Below, in pieces: positions 25,116 to 37,124 of a stretch of 64,000 nucleotides of DNA; within the stretch, counting starts at the first letter, position 1, and the number at the start of each line of letters is the position of its first letter. A model generated the notes under the pieces. The model saw nothing but the letters and a program-made list of their open reading frames with translations. It ran no database searches and was not told the origin of the DNA. The DNA lies in the NCBI RefSeq assembly GCF_018977255.1, contig NW_024704742.1:66094001-66158000 (forward strand), in the 5' to 3' direction. Origin of the DNA: Callorhinchus milii. Its lineage: Eukaryota. The position numbers were made by a program, and so were the translations under genes.

Positions 25116-26059
25116 CTGATAGTATTTTGCAGGGAGTGCTCTGAGGTTTTTCAATGTCATAGTTGTTACAAAAATGCAATTTGTTATTCTGTCCTAAAGT
25201 GGACGGACGTGGCATACATACTGTGAATGTATGTGAACATGGCAGCCAATTGACCCACAAACAACCATGAAATAGGACTCGCCAAGTTATCCTTCAATGG
25301 CATTGAAGCGGTCACTTCTTCTCCTTATGCAGGCATTTTATTTGTTGTGTTTCATTGTCAGTTTGGCATAGTTGGTAACACTTTCATATTTGGGTCAGAA
25401 GGTTGGGGGTGCAAATCCCACATGCCGCATTTTGAGGTCAGAGTCTAAGCTGACACTCCAGTGCGGTGACCCCTCCCTCCTCCTCACGTGGGCTTTCTGT
25501 TCTCCAGTGTGAGAACTGTCATGGTCGAGCAGGCACTTCTGCTGCTGAAACCATCCCACGGTCACATCACCTGTGTTCCCAGCTCATCCAGCCGGGAGCG
25601 TACTCTCACACGCCCCCGCGCCCCCCATCCCTCCCCACCCTTGTTGCCAAGCCTCTCCATTGCCATCCCGCCCCCAGCGATTGGGTAGGTCAGCAGTATG
25701 TGACGAGTGGGGGTTATCACCACTGATTAATAGTTCGGTAACCTTGACGATCGCTGGGAGTCTTGGCTGCCTGATCCCTGTCTCATTTTACACACGGGAG
25801 ATGTTCACTTTCCGTGACCAGTCTGAAAGCTCCTAGTGCCTCCTCCCACATGGGCTAGTAATTATATTACCTAATAAGTCAGCTAGCAACGTGCGACCAC
25901 AACTCCCCCTGGCCCCTCTCCCCCCCAAACCCCTATGTCATGTTCTTGCTGGTCAGATAATGTTTGATAATGGTCTCTCATTTTAGAAAATCATTGGCTG
26001 CCCTTATGTTTCCAAGGAACTTTGAAGGGGTGTGGGAATCGGACAGTGTAATGGGATCA

Positions 26060-26395
26060 CATAATAATCATAATCATAATAATCCTTGCATTTGGTATAG
26101 CACCTCATCATGTCATCGAAACGTCTCAAAGTGCATCACGGGATATACTTTAAAGTGTAGTGATTGTGTATTTTGTGAGTGAACGTGGCAGCCAGTTTGC
26201 ACACAGCAATGTCCCACAAACAGCCATGGAGCGAGTAACCAATTTTATTTGGGGGAATGTAGGCCAGGACACCAGAAGAAATTCCCTTCTCTTTTCGAGC
26301 AGTGCCATGGAATCTTTAACATCCACCTGAACAGGTAGACAGGGCCTTCGATTATTAGTGTCTCATGGGAAGAGAGACACCTTCGACAATGCAGG
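26060..26395 (-). mobile_element. SINE B, 3' two-thirds
   Basis: Tail and Deu domain. Confidence 0.8.
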
Positions 26396-28667
26396 ACACG
26401 TTTAAAATTAGAGAATTAAATTTTTTTTGCTACAGCAAAATAATGGCAACAATGCTACAGATAACCTGCAGACAACGAGCTCTGGGAGTGGTCTCATCCT
26501 GCTGTAACTGGACTCGGGACTGGAATGGGGGAGGGTGGGATGTTGATAGCTGTTAATAGCTTTTCTGCTGCTTTGCTGTTTCGCTTCAGTCATGAGCATG
26601 AGGTCCGACAGTCCAGGTAAACAAGACCCCGAGCCACCTGACTTCACTCATTGCAGCAGAGTGGAGCAGATAAGAACCTGTCACAATGCCCAGGGTTGTG
26701 GTTTGAGCTGCTCAGAAGGCATGGCCGGGTATGTGACCCCACGAGAGATAACTCTCTTGGTTCTCAATCTGCGTTGTATTATGCTTGATCCTCAGGGAGA
26801 GAAAGAAGTTAAAATAAATGCCTCTGAAGAGGCTTATCAGGAAACCTTTGAAGCTCGGCAGGATAAATCCCATAATAAACAGCTGCAGTATAAAACTTCT
26901 GCCCCGGTGCGTGGGCAGTCTCTGACCTGCTGTTTACAGAGCTGTCCCGAAATGTGTGCTGATCTCAACCTAATCCTGCTGAACACAACCAAGAGGGTAA
27001 TTGTGCCTCATAAACAGATGGAAATGTTAAACTGCGTGATTATTATAGTCGGTTAAATTCACTCGGAGCTCAGAAGCCGGTTTCATGTAGTTCTTAAAAG
27101 GATATTAAATTCATGCTCAATTGAAGAACTCTGTAATTCTGCGGCATGTTAAATTTTAAGGCCGAATGGTCTCACAGGCTAAGACTAGGGGGAATTTCGG
27201 GCCTTCCTTGCTCAGCATCCGACCCCAATGCTGTGAAGTGCTCCGAGACATAATCCCATGTGATGGACGTTATATAAACGTAAGTTGTTGTTGTTGTCAT
27301 AGGTTTAACACTGTAGTGATCCCTATCTGCAGGTAAACTAGACATTCTAAAGAATTAGAGACAATTACTGCAGAGGGACGGAGGGTTTTGGACCTACTGA
27401 AATACTACTGTGTGTAATTGGATGCCGTGTTTCGCCCACAAAATACACAATCAATTCAATTTACAGTATATTCGGTGAAGCGCTTTTGAGATGTCTAGAA
27501 GACGTGATAAGGCATTATATCAGATGCAAGGAATATTATTATTATAACTTGAATTATATAGTGCTGCATATTCTGAATTTTACAATAAAAGTAATAATTG
27601 GTATAGAACCTGTCACGTCAGGAGGATGTCTGAAGGAGCTTTATGGGATATTTTGTCAAGTGAATAGACTGTGTTTTGCTGGCAAGACACGAGCAGCCAA
27701 TTGCACACAACAATGTCTCACAAACAGCCATGGAGTTATTGACCAATTTTATTTAGTGTTGACTATGACACCGGGAGAAACTCCCATGGGAATAGTGCCA
27801 TGGGAACTTTAAAAACAACAACAAAATTACATTTGTAAAACCTCCTGAACAGGCAGACAGGACCTCCATTTAACGTCTGATCTGACGAGCAGGTACATTG
27901 GTGAATGCCGCACAGGCTCTAAATCCACTCACAACCATGGTGATGGACATAAGCCAAACACCATCTACTGCTAAGGATGACTTGGTGTTATTTCAGAATG
28001 GGATAACGTCAAATCAAATGGTCACTATCCATCTCCAGTTCCAGCGCAAGATTCACATGGAAGAGATAATTATTCCATTTTGCAGGTGACACAAGTCAAG
28101 CCTGAAATAATAAGGCTCCTTTTGCCACAGCTCAGAAGACCCCACATTCTTGATAATGACCATTATATAAGCACATTGTTGATAACCTCATCAATATACC
28201 CAGTCATTCTTTGCCTCTTTATGCAGAGGGTGGCTTAGGGTTATTGAAACCCTTGGCTGCCAACCCCTTTTTGAGGCAGAGTCCATCAGGTATTTTTTAA
28301 CAACGGAAATTTTACAGATTCTGGAAAAAGAGGAATATAAAAAGCTGTGGGGAGTGAGCAGGAGAATGGGATCCCCAAGTAGGCTGTTAAAGTGGATCAC
28401 GGGAAGGAAGACATCAGAGCCGATGTGATGGGCTGTGTTTCCGTGCTGTAACATGCACGATTTGATCACTTGTAACAAACATCCATGCTCCTCTGCTGCC
28501 CCCCTCAACCCTCACAATGTGCTTATATTATGATCATTATCAAGAATATAATGTTGTCAAGCCTTCGATCTTGCCAACCTGCCCTTAATACTCATAATTC
28601 AGTGGTCTGCGTGCCCTGGGGAGAGAAAGTGTATTCCATTCTAGACACAAGGAGATTTCCATGCATA

Positions 28668-29161
28668 AGTAATAATAATCCTTGCATTAGGTATAGTGCA
28701 TTAGAATGGTGGAACACGCTCAAGGGGCTGAACTCCTGTTCCTATGCATTTCATGCTGGAAAGATGTCCCAAAGGCTTCAAAGGATTTACTGTAAAGTGC
28801 AGTGACTCTGTATTTGTAGGCAAACGCAGCAGCCCAATTATGCAAGCAATGTCTCACAAACAGCCATGGGGTGAGTGACCAATTTTTATTTGGGGGAATT
28901 GTTGACTAGGACATGGGGGGAGAAACTCCCTTCTCTTTTTGAATAGTGGCGTGGGATCATTAACTTCCACCTGAACAGGCAAATGGGACCACAGTTTAAT
29001 GTCTCATCCAAAGAACGTCACCTTTGACAATGCAACGTTCCATCCAGTCCTGCATTAGAGTGTCAGCTGAGACTGTGTGTGTTTTAAGTCTCGATGTGGG
29101 GCTTCAAGCCAAAACCTTCTGACCCAGCGACAAGAGTACTACCAACGCAGCCAGGCTAACA
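28668..29161 (-). mobile_element. SINE B, full length (short CR1 tail embedded near 28700-28745)
   Basis: Head, Deu domain and tail are all present. Confidence 0.8.
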
Positions 29162-29162
29162 T

Positions 29163-29660
29163 AACAACAACACATTACATTTGTATAGCGCCTTCCAAGT
29201 CAGAAGTACATCCCAAGAAACTGGAAAGTCAGGGATTTGTACCTGAGCAGGGGATTGGGATCAGGAGTGGTGGAGGGCAGGATGGGTGGGGTAAGAGGGT
29301 GGCTGAAAGCGCGGTCAAAGGGGAGGTTCTTGAGACATACCTTGAAGGAAGCAAGGGAGGAAGCGAGGCGAAGGGACCATGGGATAGAACGCCAGAGGGT
29401 AGGGGCAGAGAGGTTGAAGGACCGACGGCTGATGACAGAACGGGCCGGAGTAGACTAGAGTCTGCTGAGCAGAGGGAGTGGACAGGCTGCTATGGGGTTA
29501 GCAGGTCACACAGAGGTACAAAGGAGTGAGGTCGTGGAGGGCTTTGAAGGCAAGGACTCTATCATCTGGGGTATGGGGAGCCAGTGGAACCAGGTGAGGT
29601 TGAAGGTGATAGGGTAATGGAGCCTGGTGCGGGAGAGGACATGAGCTGTAGAGTTCTGGG
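29163..29660 (-). mobile_element. L2 3' fragment
   Basis: VLAFKALHDLTP motif and (TTG)n tail. Confidence 0.75.
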
Positions 29661-30376
29661 CTTTGTGGACAAACTTTCTTAACAGCTGGCCTCTGAGAAG
29701 TTTGCCTCTGATAAGACATGTGGGCTATGAGTTGGTGGCATAGATACATAGATGGCGATAGGTAATAATCAATAATAAAAGTCCTTGCATTTTATATAGC
29801 GCCTTATCACGTCATTGAGACGTCTCAAACTGCTTCACATGATATACTGTAAAGTGGAGTGACTGTGTATCTTGTGGGCGAAATGTGGCAGCCAATTGCG
29901 CACAGCAGTGTTTCTCAAACAAGCATGGAGTGAGTGATCAATTAGTGAGGTGTGCTACATGTGGCCAAAAATAAAAGCGTTGACGGATATGACAGGCCGG
30001 GTCCCATATACATGCTACCCGTAGTCAGACTTTGTTACTGCTTCTGTTATTGTCAGTAACGTCTTGGCCACAGGGTGAGGACCTTGTGTACAGTGGCCGA
30101 GTGACATAGCTGTGAGGGCCAAGTATAAACAGCAGTGAAGGATTTGTACTGGGGGTGGGTGGTCTAATTGCAAATCAGATTAATCAGCAGGGTACACCAC
30201 AAAGCCTTGTGGACAAACATTTACTCTTTGTTAACAGCCTGCGAGAAGTTTGCCTCTGATAAGACGCAAGGGAGCTACTCATGGCATGTGCTGTGCATTA
30301 AAAGGAGGGCTTACTTCAGGGATTAATTAACAGTAGCGGAGGTGTCTGGTTTTACTTAAATAATCTTTGCATTTGA

Positions 30377-30620
30377 TTTTTTTTGGTCAGCCGGGTGTTT
30401 GACACATGCGGAAACCCATCACCGTGCTTAAGATTAACCAAACCAAGCTGAGAATTCCACACATCCCACCTACACATAGAAATTCCAGAGATAGATTATT
30501 GGAATAGAATGTGCACTCCCTCCCTGGAGGGACGCATCCTGCTTACCTAATTCCGGAAAGTATTAGGCGCAGGTTTGGGGATCCCAGAGTGTGCGTTGGG
30601 GTACTGCTGGAGTCTAACCT
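30377..30620 (-). mobile_element. RTE-X-like family 3' part
   Basis: T-run, then GGTCAGCCGGGTGTTTGACACATGCGG..GGAGGGACGCATCCTGCTTACCTAATTCCGG. Confidence 0.75.
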
Positions 30621-31183
30621 ACAGAATTTTATCACTTAGTCCAGATGTCTCGCAGAATTTTATTGTGAAGTGTAGTGACTGTATATTTGAAGGTGAATGC
30701 AGAAGCCAGTTTTGGGCATGGCAATGTCCTGCAAACAGTCATGAAAGTGAATGACCAATTTTTTGTCTGGGAGATTTTGCTGGCCAGCACATTGCGAGAC
30801 AGGAACTCCTTTCTCTTTTCGAATTGTACCATAAGATTTGGGATGTCCTCCCGACGTGAAAGGAGCTCTATAAATGTAATTTTGTTGTTGTTGTTGATGA
30901 GATCTTTCATGTCCGCCTGAAGAAGCCTGTGATTAACATCCCATCCAAAGGTCAGCACACTCCCCCAACACCCACCCCAACCAACACTACATTGGAATGT
31001 CATCATAGACTGTGACATATTGACATATTCACTGTTTCCCGATGTGAGACTCCAACCCACGATATTTTGAATCTATTTGTTTCTTAGGTACATCTGAGAG
31101 CCAAAACCCAGAGCCCAGAACTAACTCTGATCAATTTCCCTTACCCAAGACTATCCCCAATCACCGCATTATCTTTATCCAGG

Positions 31184-31562
31184 CTGATGAAGGGTTGTGG
31201 ACCGGAAACGTTGACTCACATTCCTTTCTCCATAGAGTTTTCCCACCTCTCTCTGTTTTTGTTTCAGATTCCAGCATCTGCAGTATTTTGTGTTTTGTTC
31301 ATGTTTGACTCACTGCCACTTCTCTTCTAGGAATGCCTACACCGAAGAGGTTCTGCACTTCTCTTTGACGTGACTTTCGTTCCTCCCTTTTACCCTGCTC
31401 CCCCTCCTTACTATCTGTTCCCCAGTTCTGATGAAGGGTCATGGACCCGAAATGTTGACTCACTTTCCTTTCTCCATAAATGCTGCCTGACCTGCTGAAT
31501 TTTCCCAGCTCTCTCTGTTTTTGTTTCAAATTCTAGCATATGCAGTATTTTGTGTTTTGTTT
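31184..31562 (+). mobile_element. Penelope-like element partial-tandem terminal repeats with two minimal hammerhead ribozyme motifs
   Basis: Direct repeats at 31184-31299 and 31428-31562. Each starts CTGATGA-A-GGGT[T/C]..GACC[G/C]-GAAA[C/T]GTTGACT and ends TTC[C/T]AGCAT.TGCAGTATTTTGTGTTTTGTT. Confidence 0.75.
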
Positions 31563-31564
31563 AT

Positions 31565-31882
31565 AATATAATCCTTGCATTTGATATAGCGCCTTATCAC
31601 GTCATTGAGACATCCCAAAGCACTTCATAGAATATACAGTAAAGTGAATTGAGTGCATATTTTGTGGGTGAAACCCAGGAGCCAAGTAATGTCCCATAAA
31701 TAGTTGAGGATTGAGTGACCAAATTGTTATTTTTTATTTTATTTTTTTGAAGGGCTTATTCCCTTGGAAAGTGATACGCCAATCGACTAACACCTGGGTT
31801 CCTACTTACTGCCAGGTAAACAGAGGTATGCGGAGTAAGGAAAGTTATCTAAGGTATCACTCTGCCCGAGAATCAAACCCGG
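31565..31882 (-). mobile_element. SINE A, head truncated
   Basis: Tail, middle domain and B box. Confidence 0.85.
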
Positions 31883-31884
31883 TC

Positions 31885-32818
31885 AACTGCACCTCTCTGC
31901 CTCCACCCTTGACTCCAGGACCACTGACAGACATCAAATCCTGGATGAGAGCTAACTTTCTATAGTTGAACATCAACAAGATCGAGGCTCTCCTGATTGG
32001 CTCCCGTCAGCGCCTCCTCACCTCAGGCGCTGACAGCATCACAATCCATAGTTGCACACTCCACCTTATTAAGGTAGTCCGAAACCTTGGGGTCTTGTTT
32101 GCCCCTCAACTATCCTTTCTACTCCACATCCGTGCCATGACCCGCTCTGCCTTCCCCCACCTCCGTAACATCGCCCGGCTCCGCCACTGTCTCATACCAT
32201 AGGCCACCGATTCCCTCATACCCACATTCATTATATTGGGCTTGGCTATGCAAACTCCCTGCTTGTCGGCCTCCCTAACGCCTCCTTCCATAGGCTGCAG
32301 ATCATCCAGAACTCTGCAGCTCGTGTCCTCTCCCGCACCAGGCCCTGTGATCCTATCACCTCCATCCTCCCCCGACTCCATTGGCTTCCCATCACACAGA
32401 GAATACATTTCAAGATCTTGGTCCTCACCTTCAAAGCCCTCCATGGTCTTGCTCCCCCCTACCTCTGCAACCTCCTAACCTCCTATTATCCTGTCCGCTC
32501 CCTCCGCTCAGCGGGCTCCGGCTTGTTTCACATCCCGCCGCGTTGCCCACCACACCATTGGCAGGTGGGCCTTCTGCCACTCTACCCCCACCTTCTGGAA
32601 CTCCATCCTGCAGTCCCTCCGCCTCGCCCCTTCCCTTGCCTCCTTTAAGACCCATCTCAAGACCCTCCTCTTCGACCATGCTTTCGATCACCCTGCTTCC
32701 CCTCCTGCGTTCACCCTCCTCAATCCTGACCCCAGATCGGGTCCGAAACTCTGACTGTCCAGCGCCTTGCGACATCCTCCCGATGTGAAAGGTGCTATAC
32801 AAATGTAATAATAATAAT
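31885..32818 (+). mobile_element. L2 LINE, 5'-truncated, with stops and frameshifts
   Basis: LTDIKSWMRANFL*LNINKIEALLIGSRQRL..VRNLGVLF..HLRNIARLR..LTFKALHGLAPPYL. 3' end GCGCCTTGCGACATCCTCCCGATGTGAAAGGTGCTATACAAATG. Confidence 0.92.
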
Positions 32819-33123
32819 TATAATAATCCTTGCATTTGATATAGCGCTTTTCACGTCGGAAGGACGTCCCAAAGCGCTTCACAGAAGCGAATTGACTGTA
32901 TATTTGTGGGCGAACGCGGCAGCCAATTGCGCACAGCAATGTCCCACAAACAGTCGTAGATTGAAAATGACCAATTTATTATTGTTTTTGGTTTTGGAGG
33001 GAATATTATTAGGCTCTGTGTGGAGTAAGGAAACTTGCCCAAGGTTTCGCCCTCTGCCTAGAATTGAACTCAGGTCTCTCACTTGCAAAGCAAGTGCTCT
33101 AACCACTGAGCTACAGGACTCCA
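32819..33123 (-). mobile_element. SINE A short form, tail-to-tail with L2
   Basis: Intact head, deleted middle segment and tail. Confidence 0.9.
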
Positions 33124-33284
33124 AATGTAATTTTGTTGTTGTTGCTGTTGTCTTCTTGCTTGTGCGGCAAGTGCTCTAACCAATAAATTACAAGACTCCA
33201 AGGTCTGACTAGGGGTACCATATACAAGTTTGTAAGCACATTTCTTTCACTTATATTAGGACGCGGGCAGGGAGACTATATGGT

Positions 33285-33508
33285 CCAGGCCATTTCAGAG
33301 GGTATTGTGAGCCAGCTACACAGTGTGGGACTGGAGTCACACGCAGGCCAGACTGAGTAAGGATGGCAGCTGTCCTTTCCCTGAAGGACAACAGTCAGCC
33401 AGTTGCGGTTTTCGAACAACCTGGCAGCTTTGCCGCTATTTCTCTTTGGCACCGGCTCACATCACCAAATGGTTAGAATTCAAAATACACTACCGTGGTG
33501 GGATTTAC
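33285..33508 (-). mobile_element. Third, older SINE-like repeat (shark-type)
   Basis: Reverse complement contains AAATCCCACCACGG..GTCCTTCAGGGAAAGGACAGCTGCCATCCTTACTCAGTCTGGCCTGCGTGTGACTCCAGTCCCACA..CCCTCTGAAATGG. I recall this as a common shark SINE body (unverified). Confidence 0.55.
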
Positions 33509-34095
33509 AGCAAATAATCCTTTTGATTTGATGCAGCGCCTTTGACAACAACAACCACAAGATTTCATTTATAGAGCGCCTTTCATGTGGGGAGGACATC
33601 CCAAGGCCAGGGTGAGGGGAGGGAAGGGAGGGAGCGAGAGGGGAGCTGAAGGCACGGTCGAAGAGAAAGGTCTTGAGACCGGCCTTGAAAGAGGAAAGGG
33701 AGGAAGCAAGGCAAAGGCACTGGGGGATGGAGTTCCAGAGCCTAGGGGCTGACGTCAGCAGGACGTCTCAAAACATTTCACGGGATTTACTTTGGCCAAT
33801 TTTATCTTGGGGATTGCTAAATCTTGTTTATGCCTTCCTCTTCAAGCACGCTTGCGGTCACCTCCTCCCTACCTCCAGCTCGGTGTCAGGCTCTGCCACT
33901 GTTAAACACTTGCTGTTATACAGTGGACCATTCAAACACAATTCTAACTCCAAATTAAGGTTTTTAACACCTCATCCTCACCATTGTTTTAAAAGTTGAG
34001 ATTGTGCAGAAATCTGCGCTGAGATGACTGCACTCACTCTCAGACTTGCCCTGAGATGGGCTGAATGGCCTCCTTCTGCGCTCTAAATTTCTGTG

Positions 34096-34176
34096 ACAAT
34101 TTTAATTGAAACTTTAATTTTTCATTTTATTACAATTTTCATTACAATTTTAATTGAAACTTTAATTTTTCATTTT
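34096..34176. repeat. Local tandem duplication, 33 bp x2 (period 48)
   Basis: ACAATTTTAATTGAAACTTTAATTTTTCATTTT at 34096 and 34144. Confidence 0.85.
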
Positions 34177-34439
34177 CCAACTGCATTATATAAGCAACAA
34201 AACCAATGACTGAAATTGCGGCAAGCGATTAAATTCTGGCATTAGCAGCTAATAGTTACAAATTCTGCACAAAAAACATGATCTGATATTCTGAATATGC
34301 CATACAGGCAATGATATATAATATTGGGATTGTTATAAATATCTCAACTAAGAAGATGGTGTGCACCGATGGGAACTGATGGGGTGGGGGGAGTTAAAAG
34401 TTGAAAGCCGAACACCCCTTCCCCCTTATATTCTGTAAT

Positions 34440-34605
34440 GGGGCAGAGAGAGGGGAACTATACCCAGACCTAAGGTGAGATGGAGATCTTAAGAGAGGGT
34501 GGGATTGGGAACCAGAGGGAGAGAGGGATGGAGATCCAGAGGAAGGGTGAGATGGGGATGTAAAGGGAGGGTGGGATAGAGACCCAGGTGGATGGAGATG
34601 TAGAC
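34440..34605. repeat. Purine-rich degenerate minisatellite
   Basis: Recurring AGGGTG[G/A]GAT[G/T/A]G[A/G]GA units. Confidence 0.65.
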
Positions 34606-35234
34606 TCCCTGCCTGAATCCTTCTACCTTGCGCCCTCATTCTCCTTCATCAGATTGCATCTGAAGACCTTCCTCTTTGACCATGCTATGGTTACCTCCCT
34701 TCTCTCCACAGCTCGCATCAAGCTCCGTCTCTGTTAAGCGCTCCGAGATTTTATCTGTGTGAAGATCGCTATATAAATGCAAGTTTGTTGTTGTTATAGA
34801 GGGAGGTTAGGAAGGTTAGGATGCGGGTCTAGAGCAGTGTGGAGATGTGAAGGAAGGATTAAGTCAGCAGAGAATCCTGACTGTCAGAGGACTTAAGTTG
34901 TATTGTAATCACATGTTAATACTTGCTCCATACCTGTTGCCTTTAACCACACCCTATGTTCAGTGTGAGTGCCAGTCAGTCCAGGAAACCAGCCAGCCTC
35001 TCCCGGGTATGGAGAGAACCTTGGCTGTGTTTCACTGTGTGCCTGACAGCTCGGACACCCAGTGGCTCTGTGAAGAGAGGTTCTCCCCACGTAAAATGCA
35101 AATTGTTGTTGTTGTTGACAGAGGGCTGCTCATATATATATAGGAACATAGGAACAGGAGTAGGCCATTCAGCCCTCAAGCCTCTTCCACCATTCTGTTA
35201 GATCTGGCTGATCTGTACCTCAAAAAAACAGCAT

Positions 35235-35685
35235 CAGGGCACTGCTGATGGCACAGCCACAGCCTGGCTCATTGGCAGACCAGCAACGGGGGTAGGGAAT
35301 CCTCCCACTCAGTTCCTGTTTACACTGAAAACTAAAGCCCTAACAGGTAGGGTTGTCCCAGCAGGATAAGCAGCGGGACAGCTTGCCTATCAATGGAAAT
35401 CTATGTGGTTTTAGCTGGTTAGACTCCAGCAGTACCCCAACACACACTCTGTGTCTGGGGACCCCAAGCCTTGGTTCTTGCCAATCTGCATCTAGTACTT
35501 TCCGGAATTAGGTAAGCAGGATGTGTCCCTCCAGGGAGAGAGTGCACATTCCATTCCAACAATTTATCTCTGGGATTTCCATGTGTAGATGGGATGGATG
35601 GAATTTACAGCTTGGTTTGGATACGCTTAAGCATGGGGATGGGTTTCCTCATGTGTCAGACACCCGGCGGAACCCCAAAGAAACA
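35235..35685 (+). mobile_element. RTE-X-like family 3' UTR
   Basis: GGGCACTGCTGATGGCAC..TTAGACTCCAGCAGTACC..GGAATTAGGTAAGCAGGATG..GTGTCAGACACCCGG. Confidence 0.75.
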
Positions 35686-36815
35686 ATATGAGGTTGGCGC
35701 AGTCAGGTCCCCAGTCTGTAGCTGTCTGCTCTCTGAGGCAACAAGAAAATCAAAGCGGAATTGACTTATCCCTTTCTAAACTAGAGCTTATTGCGAGTGC
35801 AAAATAACCCAAATGTGTTGCTGGGTGCCCTCGCTTGCGTGCAATCGTAATCCCACTCAATCATCACAGCACATCTCTGCCGAAGTTTTCCAGCCCGAAC
35901 ACAGAGTCAGAAACGCAGAGGGGCAAGAGTTTTTGAAGCATTCCAGTCTTTGTCTGTGCTCCGAATCAGCAAAGCCCACGGTTGGCCTGTGACTGATACA
36001 GCCAAACGGATCATGACAGCACTTTCAAAGGCAGTTGCTCTAGATATCTTTCTGATGAAGAAATGAATTGGGGCGTGTGAGAAACAGAGCAGCGTGGGAT
36101 TGTTTTCTTATAAACTTTGTGACCAGTTTGGATTGACTGCCGTGGCACTTTTCCCACCCTGCTCTTTCCTATGTTGCTACTCTTATTAACTATGATGATA
36201 TCATCTCAGGGTTGTTTGTTAGAGAAAATTAGAGGGGAGAGAGGCAACCCAGGTTATGATATTATCATGTGTGAAAATAATACATAATAATAATAAACCT
36301 TGCATTTGATAATAATAAACCTTCCACATTGAGAGGACTTCTCAAAGCAATTTTTGTCATTATTGCTATTGCACTGTAAGGGTGAGACTTTGCACTTTAA
36401 TTTTGTGATTGTGACTTTGTGATGCACTGATTGTAATGTTTTGTGTATTAAATTAAAATTTGGTCATTCAATCCATGACTGTTTGTTGGACGCTGCTGTG
36501 CACAATTGGCTGCCACATTTCACCCACAAAATACACAGTCAATCCACTTTACAGTATATTCTGTGAAGCGCTTTGAGACCAATCAAAAATGTGATAAGAT
36601 GCTATATCAAATGCAAGGATTATTATTATTACTTTTTACAAAAAAAAAGAATCCTTGATGGAAAAAAAAACCTTGTTGACTTGTGATCAGTTTCGCCTCA
36701 GGAATACTTAGGCAAAGTTGTTATGATATTTAGGTAAACCTTTGCCTAAACAGCATTTAAACATCATTTAGTGAATTCACTTTACAGTATTGTTATTACT
36801 TTTTAATAATAATGT

Positions 36816-37124
36816 GGAGTCCTGTAGCTCAGTTGTTAGAGCACTCGCCTCACAAGTGAGAGACCTGGGTTCGATTCCTGGCAGAGTGAAACCTTGGGCA
36901 AGTTTCCTTGTTCCACACACCTGATAATAATCCCTCAAGAAAAGAAATCAATAATAAATTGGTCACTTCGATCCACGACTGTCTGTGGGACACTGCTGTG
37001 CGCAATTGGCTGCCACGTTTCGTCCACAATTATACAGTCAATTCACTTCACAGTATATTCTGTGAAGCGCTTTGAGACGTCTAAAGTATGTGATAAGGCT
37101 CTATACTAATGCAAGGATTATTAT
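36816..37124 (+). mobile_element. SINE A short form
   Basis: A box TAGCTCAGTTG and B box GGTTCGATTCC. Same deletion junction as 9482. Confidence 0.9.
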
